Source: Octopus bimaculoides
Lineage: Eukaryota
Assembly: GCF_001194135.2 (NCBI RefSeq)
Contig: NC_068983.1
Location: forward strand, 71,517,622 to 71,571,214
Direction of reading: 5' to 3'
DNA length: 53,593 nucleotides
Shown here one piece after another: positions 1-12,773 of the stretch (the stretch's first letter is position 1; every line of letters begins with the position of its first letter). The notes below the pieces were generated by a model. It searched no databases, was not told the DNA's origin, and saw only the letters and a list, made by a program, of their open reading frames with translations. The translations under genes were made by a program, and so were the position numbers.

Positions 1-36
<36 letters not shown>

Positions 37-1070
37 GATAGCTGTAAATCATAACAAAATTCTCAATATATTCGGCATTCTCCTTCCTTGCCTTCCAATG
101 TCAATCGCTTTATTTTTTTAGTTTATCACGTTTTGTATCGGGAAAATAGCTAATGTGATACAGTCATCAACTAATAACATAAAGAAAACCTTACAGAAAA
201 TTACTACTCACTTATGATTTATAACATATATATACATACATACAAACATATACTCACACGCACACACACACACGCGCGCACACACACACGCGCACACACA
301 CACACATATGCATATGTGTGTAGTCGTGTGTATGTGTGTATGCTTGCTTATTTATATCTGACTTTGGATAAGAAATATTTCTATTTTATACTATATTTCT
401 ATAGGACCTCTAAATATTATTCATATCGAAATGATAAAGAAGAGGATCGAAATAATAGAGGGAAGTGATGAATATCGTGGAGGCGGTGGTGGTGAAGGTG
501 GCGGTGGTAGTGATGGTAGCAGTGGTAATGGTTTATCAATATTCGTACCCAAGGCACACAGAGATTCGCTCTGTTGTGCAATGAGAGTGCGTAATAAAAA
601 TAAAACTACTGGAATAATAATAATAATAACGATTTCTTTAATACTTACTAGCTGCCAATTATAGTTGGTTCATCAGAATCCTTCCTGAAGTATTCAGAGT
701 ATTTTCTTTTAAAATATCGTCAAATACAAATCATAATTTACAATATATTGCATTTGCATTCTACATAGGATACATTCTATATAGAATATAATTTATTGAT
801 AGAATTTATTAAATGAAACTTACACAAGAGTATTTTATATAGAAAGGCAAGACAAGAGTATCCCTTTGATAGATAAGTCATTCTCACTGGATATCATCAT
901 ACCGTGAAACGAATTAGGGGAATTATCCGAATATAAAGACTTACAAATTGTAATATATCACATTGGACAAATTGAAATCTGGGATAATCTCTATTATATG
1001 AGAAGCAATATGGCTCAGGTTTTATCGTATAAGACTACTTGTCTTCGTGTTACACGTTCAAATATGATGT

Positions 1071-1862
1071 TGGCATCAAATTTTGGCACAAGGCCAACAG
1101 TTTCGAGGAAGGAGTTAAATCAATTACGTCGACCCCAGTATACTTATATTATCGAACCTGAAAGGATGAAAGCAAAGTCGACCTCGGCGGAATTTGAACT
1201 CAGAACCTAAAGATGAACGAAATGCTGCTAAGCATTTTGCCGGAAGTTGTTGTTGACAAACAACAGCAGTAATTTTATTCAGCTGAATACACGTCATTGA
1301 TTGGTTGAAATTACCGAAATACGACAACTTTAACACGAAATAACTTCGAAAATAAAAACTTTTCTCAACACCGCTAAGAGTAAAAGATGTTCTATATGAC
1401 ACATTCTACCAGTATCCGAAATTTCAAAGTGTTTCAAAGAAAATTAATCAATCGAGCTGCCCATGAAAAGGAAAAGATCCCTGCTACTTATTTCATCGAC
1501 TCTGAAAGGATGAAAAGAAAAGCAAAGTCAACCTCGGCAGAATTTGAACTCAGATCGTAAAGCCAGACGAAATACCGCTAAGCATTTTGCCCGTCATGCT
1601 AACGATTCTGCCAGCTCGCCGCCTTACAATAATTTAATATTAATGATACTGGTTTCAAAGTTTGTCACAAGGCCAGCAATTTCGGGGGAGGGGTTACTCA
1701 ATTACATCGACCCCAGTATTCAACTGGTACTTATTTTATCGTCTTCGAAAGGATGAAAGGCAAAGTCGACCTCGGCGGAATTTAAAATCAGAACGTAGAC
1801 AGACAAAATGCCGCTAAACATTTTCCTAATGTGCTAACGTTTGTGCCAGCACGCCGCCTTAC
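1071..1862 (-). mobile_element. Three tandem copies of SINE family A (tRNA-like head, Deu/Nin-like central domain)
   Basis: Copies at ~1071-1265, ~1480-1626 and ~1650-1862 match the reverse complement of GGCGGCGAGCTGGCAGAATCGTTAGC..GAGTTCAAATTCCGCCGAGGTCGACTTTGCCTTTCATCCTTTCGGGGTCGATAAAATAAGTACCAG. Confidence 0.85.
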
Positions 1863-1889
1863 AATAATATAATATTAACGATATTAATT

Positions 1890-4800
1890 ACTAGAAATCG
1901 TTGGACCAGTTATAAAAATTACAATGGTGAGGCTAATAATTCTGTCGACAGTATACATGAATCAAATGAATTAAATATTGTAAATATTGAAACTAATTCC
2001 AAATATATGAAATAATTGTATGATGGACTCGTAAGCAAAGGTTACATTTCGGCACAGATCAATAGTAAATTGATTAAATTCGAATTAGATACTGGCAACA
2101 CTAGAACTTTGATTGATTTAAAAATCTTTAAAATTATTGGATCTCCATCATCAGAATCTGTATTGATAAAATTAAAGACTTATTATAATAAAAATATTCC
2201 AATTAAAGGAAAGTGTCTATTAAATATTAAAATTAGAAATAAATAACAACAAAATTTAAAGATTATTATAATTGATTCCGTAATAGGTTCAAATATAATT
2301 GGATTGAGTCGAGTAAAAGCATTTAATGTCACCGATATAAAGCGGTGAGCGAGTGGAATCGTAGCACACCGGGTAAAAATGCTAAGCGACATTTTTTCCG
2401 TCATTACGTTGAGTTCAAATTCCGCGTAAGTTGAATTTGCCTTTTATCTGTTCGGGATCGATAAAATAAGTACCAGTTGAACATTGGGTTCGATTTAATC
2501 GACTTACTCCCTACCCCCGAATTGCTGGTGTTGTGCCAAACTTTGAAACTAATATGTCAGCGATATTCTGCTCAAAAGTTATTAGTGATATAGTTAATAT
2601 TGTTTATAATTCAAAGGATTTGACATGAATATTAAAAATCAACGATTTATATTCTAAATATTCCGTAGCATTATCACCTGCCTTAAGGTGCAACACAAAA
2701 ACACAGATCATAATTCTGCTACGCCCAGGTGCGAAATCGGTTTATCGGAAGACAAATCATTACTTTGAACAAAATCTTAAATGGTAAAATTTTAAAAGAT
2801 TTGGAATACAAAATTCTGAGCCGTGCATTAGAATTGATTCATTAGAGCGACCGAGCTACACCAATTATCTCTGTTTGAAAACCAAAAAGCAAGTGTCGGA
2901 TCTGCAATGATTTAAATCAGGCAGATGTAGCCTTTCTTGAGAAGTAAGCTGCATGAGACATGGCCCATCATTAGTTGAGCTGTACTGCTAAAAAATTCAA
3001 GGTAATTTTTCGTTAAGTGTGCCATTCAGAACGTCCCGCGAGACGCAGGTTGCCTATTACTGGTCTAAAGTATCAACACGAAACATTGAAGATATCCACC
3101 TGGTGCTCAGGCACGAAGACTTTTCCATAAGACTGAGCATGAAAAAAGAAAACGTCAGCGTAAACAATTTAAAGAAACACATATCTACAGCTTGAGTTAA
3201 CAGAAGAATCACAAAAATTACTTGCGAGAAATATATATTTCGGTTTTTGCAACTACAAACGAGTGCCATACGGTATTTCCATCGCGTCTGCTATATTTCA
3301 ATGACTTGTGCGGGTATTTGGGCGCTTACTACAGATGAAAAGAATTAAGTAATTTGGAAATATGCTCAACCATTTAGAAGATTATAGCTTAAAATATAAT
3401 AAACAATAACGTATTTTTTTTTCTCAAAGTGGTTGACTATCGAGACTACTATTTACATCTCAGGAAAAAGATTACCCAGAAAAATACTGATGCTGTTAAA
3501 AAGGAATTGGTGATTCCAAAAAATAAACGTGTACTTTTAGCATTTATTCTGAAAGCCGGATGTGTCCATATTCATTAAGATCATAACTGAATATTACTGT
3601 ACCATGATATAATTTAACGAAAAACTTGACATTCAAATAGTCAGATGATAGTTAACAAAATTTTATGAATAAATACAACAATTAATGAAGCCCGAAAGAT
3701 CAGAGCTAATGACAATTTTCCACTAGTTTTGGTAGTAGATACGTCACCAGTTTGTATTGGAGAAGTTCTGTAACGACGTGAAATGGAATTGAACGTTCAT
3801 TGACTTACGCTTCTAAAGCACTAAATTACACATCAATGGCGATATTCGTAATTAGACCATGTAGGATTATTTCATATTCGGTTTTCAAAAATGTAATCAG
3901 TTCCTATTTTGAATTAATTACCAATTTTGAATTAATTACTAATCACAGGCTGCTAAAACACATTTTTGTCACCGAATAAAATTATACCGGTACGTCTCAC
4001 CATCTGCAATGTTGCACGATGTAATTGGCGTCGTATAAATATATGGTGTAGAGCTTCATTCGAGAAATAAAAACGCTGATTCATTATCAATGACCATCGG
4101 ACCTGATTATGGTTTTGACGAAAGTCTTAAAATTCATATTCTATCAGGATTCAAAATACATCAAATTATTGAAAGTATCGATGAAATGCTGGTTATCACT
4201 AAAGAAATTGAATTAGCATTGAAGCTTGATGTCAATATTATTCGAACTAAACATTTCGTCGATGCTGCTTGATCATAAAAATTAAATGATAAAAATGAAC
4301 ATCTAAGAAAGTATTGAATAAAATGAGGTGCAATAAACTATCACAGGAATTTACTAATTTTGCATTCTAATTTTTCTAGAGTAATTATATCCAACAATGG
4401 AACTCAGTTCACGTCATCTAATGTAAACAATTTTGCAATGAAATGGACATTCAGCATTTGACGTCACCTTCTTTTCTAACCAGCTTCAAATGATAGAGAA
4501 GATTGTTTTGTTCAAGCCTTGAAACAAGGAATTCAAAGAGCACGGCATTAAAATCATTCATCAGTGGAAGGGCAAACAAATATTTAACTCTCATTTTGTT
4601 CCACTCCAAACCTAGCATTAGGCGGAAAACCGTCGGTAGAAGTGCTGCACAACCAACAGCCATGAAAAATTACAGAATTATCATTGCAGCCAACCATGAC
4701 TAAATCAAGAACTGTTTCAATAAAATACATATTGGGTGATCGATATTTGTCAGAGGTTATCAGAATAAAAAATTAAGTGAAGTTGTAGAATAATTGGGAC

Positions 4801-5110
4801 GAAACTCGATTCAGTGTCATATTTAGTTCAAACTGACAAGTATCAATGGAAACGGCACCAGAATCAAACTCTGTTACAGGATCGTAAGGTGTCAGTGCCG
4901 ACCAAATAAACATTGAGCAAATTCAATAATTTTTTGCGTAAAATCGGTTTACAGGCAGCAGCATCGCCACTTACTTCTAATGATCCACTCATTGCCACAG
5001 CTGACGCAACTGGTACAAAATCTGTGCAGATCCATCGGGTAACGGCAAGCACCGGTACGTTATCCGACATCAACAATAAAACTACAAAGCACATACAATT
5101 TATTTTTATT
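1890..5110 (+). mobile_element. Decayed Ty3/gypsy LTR retrotransposon pol (protease-RT-RNaseH-integrase)
   Basis: FELDTG (~2088), PGAKSVYRK (~2725), RATPIISV*KPKSKCRICNDL (~2850), YKRVPYGISIASAIFQ (~3256), PLVLVVDTSP and NGIERSLTYASKAL (~3720-3820), NADSLS (~4075), IISNNGTQFTS..QHLTSP..FVQALK (~4380-4525), WKRHQNQ (~4850). The domains are in gypsy order, with many stops and frameshifts. Confidence 0.85.
2341..2552 (+). mobile_element. SINE family A copy inserted in the gypsy pol
   Basis: Near full-length match, with the TTGTGCCAAA(C)TTTGAAAC tail. Confidence 0.85.
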
Positions 5111-5314
5111 TCAATTATGTATTGGCAATTTTATACTATTTATTAGTATTTGAAATTCATATTTTCATCTCTTCATTGTCAGTCTAGCACCTTAAAAATT
5201 ATTACTACGTATTTATTGTATTTAGAAATGGCCACTAACGTATTCAATTATTCAAAGTTTGTTTATGTCTTAGTTATTAAAATTATTTATTCAATATTAT
5301 CGGCATAAATATTT

Positions 5315-5533
5315 AGAGGGAGTATTGTTATACTAGCGGGTAAATGTAGACGCAAGATTGATATCTTGAAAAAATTGAACCTAGAAAAGTGTAGGACAAG
5401 AAGAGAAAGCTTAAATATATTACAGCTGAAGTTGGAATTTGAAATTAAATAATATACTTTTGGGGTGAATTTCGAATATAAAAAAACCGTAGGAAAAATA
5501 TTAAAATGAAACTAATGAGCGCTTAGGAAGCAT
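5315..5533 (+). mobile_element. Possible polypurine tract and start of the 3' LTR of the gypsy element
   Basis: AGAGGGAGTA (5315-5324) followed by TGTTATA at 5326, just downstream of the integrase remnant. No matching 5' LTR was found, and the right end is a guess. Confidence 0.3.
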
Positions 5534-7049
5534 GTTATTAATGTAGATAAATCTAAAGCGTTATTTTCTTTCCCATCCATTTTTCCTCTCATGTGCACAT
5601 CTGAGATCATTCCCAATGATTTATGTGAGTCTGAGTAAGATAAATTTAATGTTGTTCACTCTGTGGAATGGAGGTTTACAGGTCAATGCTTATAGAAGAT
5701 ATGTGTTAGGGGTAAGAGTTTCTGAGTATCAAGAGTTACATGAGCATATATTCCGCATTTATGTGTCTTTTGTGGGGATAAATTTTTATTTTTCAGTGGG
5801 GAAAGCTAGAGCTCACTAAAATCATCATATAATATATGTCTCATTGTTTGTGAGCTGACAGGATATGACTGTCTATTTGACTGTTAATAGGCAAATTAAA
5901 GAGCATCCGACTCACTCTTTCCTCCCATTTGAGCTCATATTTCTGTATGCCTGACTGTCAGCTCAGGAAAAACATGCGAGGGATTTTGAAAGCCGGACAG
6001 TATCTCCATCATATATGAGTGCTTCAATCCTCTCCCATGATCCACCGCATATTATTTTAAAAGGAGTAAATCTAAGAAGTTTCCTATAAAATATTTTTCA
6101 GAGAGGGAGTTAGAAAGCTGCAAAAATGGGTATACTTCTACATTTAATCGAACTAAAAACAACTTTCACTTTTGCTTATAGAATTTGGATGAATAATTTT
6201 TACATTTAGCCACCACTTGATAGAAATTTTGAAATTGTATGAATTCTATATTATATTCCCAGAAGAACAAAAATTACATTTATGAAGTATTCGACATAAA
6301 ATTGAAAAACACTGTTTACTGTCGAAAAAAAAAAGCATTTCTTAAATAAAATTTTGATAAGTAATTGACTATTTTAAAACTGTCTATCCATCAGAAGTGT
6401 TTATTTACAAAAGTTTGAAAAATTATATTTACTTCAAGCACAAGGGTATATAAAGTTTATTCCCCTGCTAAAGCTTAGCTTAGGGTTGGATGCAAATGCA
6501 AAATAAAGCGGCTGCACATAAAGGAGCAAAAGTTTAACCAAAAAAATACTGAAGAAAAAATAACAAGTGGCTAATAATTGGAATATCTATGAAGATTTAC
6601 TTCTTTTCTGAATTTCATTTCTGGCACATTTCAGCAAACAACTATTTTACTAAATTTTATTATCATTTTATTTAACATTATTAAGCCACGACTACAAAGA
6701 AAAAAAATTGAGCTATAACAAATTTATGCATATTCAAAAGAAATATCATAATTTGCTGTAATTTACATACCATTGAATACAAGATGTAATAATTTAATAA
6801 GTAAATGAATAGATAACATTATTACACTAATATAACGTTAACTAAATAGCAAGCATGCTGCCTACTTCGTAAATCAGCAAATGACTTATGATGTAATTAT
6901 AGATATCGAATTCGGGTTTTAAGTAATTCAGTAATTATATATAACCAGTAATATATTCAAAGATGATAGTAACCATAAAGTGAAGATGTCTGTGTGTGTC
7001 TGTGTATGTGTGTGTATGAATGTGTGCATAAACATGCATACATACTCGC

Positions 7050-7315
7050 ATACATACATTCAAACATGCTTACATACATACATACATACATGCATACATA
7101 CATACATACATACATACATACATACATACATACATACATACGTATCACGAGATTGCTATTTGCGACTGTTATCTCATTCAGAACATGAGGTGGAGAAGGT
7201 TCCTAAAAAACAAAACATAATGAAGAACTGATGAGGAAAACTTTACTAAAAACATGAGATTACACTCGAGTGTAGCTGTCTCTTCAGCGTGCGCGTGTGA
7301 GCGAGTGGGTGAGTG

Positions 7316-7370
<55 letters not shown>
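7050..7370. repeat. (ACAT)n at ~7050-7141 and (GT)n at ~7320-7369
   Basis: Simple repeats. Confidence 0.95.
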
Positions 7371-7373
<3 letters not shown>

Positions 7374-7394
7374 CGTGCGCGCATGCGGGAAGAA

Positions 7395-7785
7395 TTTTGC
7401 TTCCTAACCACATGGTTTATGCAGAGGAACTAAAGTTCCTCTGTCTGATACCTTGAGCAACTGCCTACTACTATAGCCGCAGGTTGACCAAAGCATTGTG
7501 AGTAGATGTGGTATAGGAAAACTGAAAGATTTCTGTCGTATGTATGTGTTTATGTGTGTGTGTGTGAATGAGTGTGTGTATATGTATATATTTATGTTCG
7601 TATGTGTATGTGTGAATGTGTGTACATGTCTTGTCATTGAGTTTGTCCCCTACCACCACTTGACAACCGGTGTTCCTTTGCTTATGTCTACATAACTAGC
7701 AATTTGGCATAAGAAACCAATAGAATAACTACCAGGCTAAAAGCTAAATTAAGTACTGGGGTCGATTATTCGACTAAAACCCTCC
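7395..7785 (+). mobile_element. SINE family B copy (diverged)
   Basis: CTTCCTAACCACATGG..ACCTTGAGCAA..GGAAAACTGAAAG..AAGTACTGGGGTCGATT. Confidence 0.75.
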
Positions 7786-7814
7786 AGGACAGTAAATGAT
7801 ATGATATATAGCTA

Positions 7815-8070
7815 CGACAGCAAGGCGCATGCTAGGAGTCCGTGTGTGCGAAAGAACTGATGAACGGACCGCTGTATGGGAGCGAGGGGCGGACGTGTAC
7901 GAACGAGTGTTGTTGCTACCGGGCTGCGACGCGGAGGGCAACAATAGCAGTGAAGGCGAGGCACTTGCATGCAGATGGACGAGGTGACGGTGGCAGCGAC
8001 ATATCAAGAACTCGCTGGCCGTGTAGAGTCAAGATGGCAAACACGAAGCGGAAGAGAGCAATAACTACCC
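7815..8070 (+). mobile_element. RTE-like LINE 3' RT fragment
   Basis: GC-richer patch reading ARRMLGVRVCER..ADVYERV..DGR..RW, similar to the RTE ORF2 C-terminus; frameshifted. Confidence 0.5.
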
Positions 8071-8094
8071 GCCCACTGGAAGTTTCACCTGATC

Positions 8095-8345
8095 AGCAAG
8101 ACCTTAGTGGCTAGAGGTTTGACCCTCGTGATCGTGAGATCGAAGTTTGGCGTTGTGTTCTTGAGCAAAAAACACTTCATTTTACTTTGCTAAAATCCAG
8201 TCGGTTGTAAAGGGGTAACCCTGTGATGGACTAGCCTTCCGATCAGGAATATTGGCCTGCTTACCTAGCCAGTGGGGGTGGCATCATTCGAAAGTTAAAA
8301 CGATGCGAAGTGCATTGTGACTAGTGATGTATAACAACATCCAAT
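8095..8345 (+). mobile_element. SINE family E (Meta/V-like body)
   Basis: Decayed tRNA head, GTGTTCTTGAGCAA, GGTAACCCTGTGATGGACTAGC, tail ATGCGAAGTGCATTGTGACTAGTGATGTATAACAACATC. Confidence 0.6.
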
Positions 8346-9771
8346 AGGGATCTTATCGGTCTGGGTGCCAGCATTAGTTTTGTTTGAATTGATTTCGTAT
8401 TCAGTGTAATGATACACTTTTATAGGCTAATTAATGACGCGAAAGTAATTTTCGCTATAAATCAATAAATAAAGAGATATAAGCAATTAAAGTTTGAAAA
8501 TTTTTGTAATTTTAGCCAATCGTAAACCACACACATTCATGCTTGTTTCGATAGTAAGAAGCGGAATATGAGAACTCTTTTGTCTCTCAACATGCTTGTT
8601 GCCATAGTAACAAGCGAATCCAAGCAGTCTTTGAAAAGCCTTTATCTGAAAGGAAATACGTTTTGACAAATTTGACTCTGTGTTCTGTGTGATTATGGCA
8701 GAAAACTCCAGTAACTTCACTTCTATTATGGAAACATTGAAAACAGAGGATGTTTTAAAAATTAAGACCGAAAGTTAAATGTTTGTTTTTTTAATGCTTA
8801 AATGTTTGCTTTTTAAGCATATTTTGTTCACTCGTATTTTCATATATAACATATAAACATGTACATCACTTGGAAAATTATCATTATATAAGATTTTGCT
8901 GGCAAATTTTTAAACTAATATAAACATTTATTTACATGAAAGAAAATTACCGGAGAACTTTCATCTAATTCTTCCGAATCTTTCTGTTAAAAATTGTAAT
9001 GTGCTTATCATGTAACGTGTTGTTTATCGCATTTGCATTAGATACATATTGAATGCTTAAATGTTTGTTTACTTGTTTCTTTTTGTCATTGAGCATTGAG
9101 GTGATATGTTGGGTGCTAAACATTTATTTACATGAAAGAAAATTACCAGAGACATAACACGCGCTGTTTACAAATATTGTCAACACGTGCTATTTTCAGG
9201 ATGTTGATGACAAAATGTGCAGTCATGCACAAAATGATAGCTTGACAGCTTCCAAATCCTGTTTCCTGACTGAGTGAAAATAATCAGACTTTAAACCTCT
9301 ATCACGTTTTAGAAACATTCTTTCTGGAAAAAATGAAATAACTCCAGCAATTCAGTTTGAGCAAGTGTATTGTTGTGCCACATTTTCGGTAAACTTTAAT
9401 TTTTGAAATACTGGCAGCCAAACTGATAAGATCCTCCAATAGTTTGGTCAATACCAGTATATCATGACATGCACGCGCACGTGTGTGCGGGTGTGTGCAC
9501 GCGCTCGAGTATGTGTAGAGATGTCGAAAACGTAGGAGTTGCCATCCTGTGATACTCACTGACAGAGAAACTTCAAAGTCAGAAGCAATAAAATCATGAA
9601 TAACATCTGACTCAGCACTTCTAATGAGTGGCTGTGTATGTGTATGGGCATGTGTGTGCGTCTGTACGTGGGTGTGTTAGTGAGCTCCTCAGCGTGCTAA
9701 CGCGAATGTATACACAAGCACATGCATCCCACACACACGGAAATAAATTTATAAATTTGTGTGTGCATATA

Positions 9772-9884
<113 letters not shown>

Positions 9885-10113
9885 CTGTGTCTGTGTGTAC
9901 ACTATGCATATATATAGATAAGAATAACACAGATAATACGCATAATATTTGAAGCAAAAGCTACTAGGAATAGTGAACCAAAGTAAAGCACATGCTTAAA
10001 AATGCATACACACGTATATATAAGTGAATATATGTTTGTGTGTATATGTGCCTGTGGTTGTGTGTCTGTGTGTGTGCATATTATCTACTTACGTACACAC
10101 CCACACACACGCA

Positions 10114-10154
<41 letters not shown>

Positions 10155-10953
10155 ACATACATCCAATGTATGTATGTATGTATGTATGTATGTATGTATA
10201 CAATGATAACTATATATATGATAATAATTATAATATATAAACTCCGATTAAAGCGACATTTATCTAAACAATTGACTGAAAAATGATAAGCTAACTTCAG
10301 CTAGAATTGAACCCATAAATCAACCTCTCAAACCTCCAGGTTTGTTTACAAAATATTAATATAATATAATATAATATATATAGATAGATAGAGAGATGAA
10401 GATGATATTGAAATTAATATCATATTTACTGATGTTGAAAGGAAAAGCAGACCATCTCTAGTTGAAAGACCATGTTAACAATTATACTACACCCGGTTTT
10501 CATTCAAATTTTACCTTGTCTCCTTTTTCATCAGCTGCATTGATAGTTATAATCCGTCTGCAGCCATTTTCTTCCTTTATCGTTTATACGCACACATACA
10601 AGTACCCGTGCGCATACACATTTGTGTGAATGTAGATATGTATGTGTATATAAATTTCTTTTCATTTATGCTTTAAGCTAATGCTGTGTTTGTTAAATCT
10701 TGTATCTTTTGTGTTGTTTGTTCACTGTCTTAGTTTCATTGTATTTATTTCGTATATGCGTGTATGTATGTGTGTGTTATTTATATATGATGTGTGCAAT
10801 ATATATGTTATTATACGGTGTGGGCGAAAAGTCATGCACAAAATGAGTTCAATACGCTTCGGAATTGTCAAAGACGTGCTTCAATTTTTCTAAAATTAAA
10901 TAGAATAAGATAACGATAAATACACACGTACTTGTACACAGTGAACAAAATGG

Positions 10954-10991
<38 letters not shown>

Positions 10992-10994
<3 letters not shown>

Positions 10995-11132
10995 CTTTTC
11001 TACTCTAGGCACAAGGCCTGAAATGTTTGGGGAAGGGGCTAGTCGATTAGATCGACCCAATACGCAACTGGTACTTAATTCATCGACCCCGAATGGATGA
11101 AAGGTAAAGTCGACCTCGGCGGAATTTGAACT
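10992..11132 (-). mobile_element. SINE family A, 5'-truncated, GCCTAGAGTAGAAAAGATT tail variant
   Basis: Matches the family body and sits in (AAT)n. Its end is duplicated across the adjacent 10-N gap. Confidence 0.8.
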
Positions 11133-11194
11133 AATGATAATAATAATAATAATNNNNNNNNNNAAGGTAAAGTCGACCTCGGCGGAATTTGAAC

Positions 11195-11218
11195 TAATGA
11201 TAATAATAATAATAATAA

Positions 11219-11249
<31 letters not shown>

Positions 11250-11270
11250 AAGAAGAAGAAGAAGAAGAAG
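11195..11270. repeat. (AAT)n-(GAA)n compound microsatellite
   Basis: Simple repeats. Confidence 0.95.
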
Positions 11271-11470
11271 ATCAATGAGCGAAATTATGTATTTTCTGAG
11301 CTTGTCAAATTTGTTTGCTGTATTATGATCACAAGGAACACTAATGTCAGTGAATGGAACTTTGAAGGTTCCACCTGTATGTACAGGAGAGTTCTCAGTC
11401 GCAGCTTCCAAGTGATGTTTATACCACTGATCAACAATTTTCATTTTACAATGCCGAGTAGAGATGTTAT
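11271..11470 (-). mobile_element. Second RLE-clade LINE fragment, in tandem with the first
   Basis: QWYKHHLEAATENSPV..TDISVPCDHNTANKFDKLRKY, ending in (TTC)n/(ATT)n. Confidence 0.65.
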
Positions 11471-11479
11471 CTTGAGATT

Positions 11480-12230
11480 TGGTGGTTTCTCAAATTTTAA
11501 GAATCTTTTGCAGGTCTCTGACAGAATATCAGTATGACACTTTTCTGCTAATACGTATCTCAGTGTCTATAACCTTCACCTTCTTACGTAGCAGTTTGAG
11601 TGTAGAGCGGAGTTCAACAATTTCCACAGGAGCAATTTTCACCTTTGTGGTTCACAATCTTTTCATCTCACTTGTTACATCTCGATATATCTCAATTTCT
11701 TGATTCCTTTGGTATTCACTCTACTATGATACGGAATTGCAAAATCAACGATTAAACACTGTTTTTTTTGTGTGTGTGTGTGTGTGTGTGTCTTCTGTGA
11801 TTATATCTGGTCACCTTGCTGAATTATTATGTTCAGTCTCAATTAAGAAACCCCTTAAAATCCAGCATTATTATTCTCCATGACAGCCTCTGATTCGTGT
11901 TAATACCACTTTTCAGTCACTTAAAATCCACTGCGTTGGCTTACATTTTAATGCAATGTTTTACCGACACTATCATGCCTAAGTCTAAACTCTTTTTATG
12001 TTAGCTTACTGCATAGAATATGATTAATACTTTCGTTTTTTTTCAACACATTCTGCTTTTGTAATGAGACTACATTTTACCAATCTCTGTCTTTATTAAA
12101 TTTGTTCTAATGAATTGTTTGTGTGTGATTCTAATTAGCAATTTCATTTCTCGTTTTAGGTACCCATCTTACAGCCATGGCCAGCTTTCTTAACTACCAG
12201 CATCCTTGGTTTGCTGCATGAAATATTATT
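11480..12230 (-). mobile_element. RLE-clade (R4/Dong-like) LINE 3' end
   Basis: RTNLIKTEI, decayed CCHC knuckle (RMC..ESINHIL), RHDSVGKTLH, EKWY.HESEAVMEN, RPDI-like, VDFAIP..RVNTK, KVKIAPV..KILKI*; interrupted by (CA)n at ~11770-11790. Confidence 0.8.
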
Positions 12231-12241
12231 ATTATCATTAG

Positions 12242-12415
12242 AACCGTTAGCATGTCGGACAGAATGCTTGACGGCATTTCGTCAATCTTTACGTTCTGAT
12301 TTCAAATTTCGCCGAGGTCGACTTTGCCTTTCATCCATTTCGGGGTTGATAAAATAAGTACCAGTTGAACACTGGGGTCAATGTAAAAGACTTATTCCCT
12401 ACCCTGATATTGCTG
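12242..12415 (+). mobile_element. SINE family A copy
   Basis: GAACCGTTAGC..CAAATTTCGCCGAGGTCGACTTTGCCTTTCATCC..AAGTACCAG. Confidence 0.8.
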
Positions 12416-12421
12416 ATTATT

Positions 12422-12580
12422 ATTATTATTTACATTATTTACATTATTTACATTTGACGGATATTTGTCCTCATTTTCTTTGTTGTTAACACAACGTTTC
12501 GGTTGATATATCCTCCAGCCTTCATCAGGTGTCTTGGGGAAATTTCGAACCTGGATTCTCATTCCTAAAGTATCTTTCGA

Positions 12581-12677
<97 letters not shown>

Positions 12678-12752
12678 ATCACTGCCTGGAATCGAACTCA
12701 GAATCTTGAGGTTAGTAACCCGCGCTCTTAACCACTACCCCATGTGCCCGTG
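12422..12752 (-). mobile_element. tRNA-headed, hammerhead-containing element, copy 1
   Basis: Minus strand: Pol III-like head (GGGGTAGTGGTTAAGAG..GAGTTCGATTCCAGGCAGTGA), (AAT)n, unique tail containing CTGATGA..GAAAC, and a terminal (TGTAAATAA)n. Confidence 0.85.
12488..12533 (-). ncRNA. Minimal type I hammerhead ribozyme motif (second copy)
   Basis: GACAC-CUGAUGA-A-[GGCUGG AGGAUAUA UCAACC]-GAAAC-GUU^-GUGUU; one C:A mismatch in stem II. Confidence 0.65.
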
Positions 12753-12773
12753 TGTCCAGTGGTGTTCTCTGTC

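Noticed and set aside
404-664. Gly-rich frame after a TTTCTATAG| acceptor
   Set aside because: Built on (GGT)n/(ATA)n low complexity, with no recognisable domain or partner exon; it cannot be supported.
5560-6090. Possible minus-strand RT remnant (FLDLLL.., HKSLGMI..)
   Set aside because: Motifs too weak to assign.
6957-7231. HTHT/CVCV/YIHT/MYVC ORFs here and at 9.6-10.3, 19.5-22.2, 35.2-35.5 and 45.6-46.0 kb
   Set aside because: Translations of microsatellites.
7226-7250. Other CTGATGA occurrences (7.2, 7.86, 10.53, 26.39, 33.05, 45.96 kb; 0.67 kb on minus)
   Set aside because: They lack a stem II hairpin followed by GAAA-N-UH; not hammerheads.
11101-11220. Apparent tandem duplication of a SINE end + (AAT)n
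   Set aside because: Identical sequence on both sides of a 10-N gap; typical of an unmerged contig overlap.
10896-11444. 182-aa ORF with poly-L/poly-I (possible membrane protein)
   Set aside because: Read-through of a LINE fragment into (TTC)/(ATT)n, a SINE and a gap.
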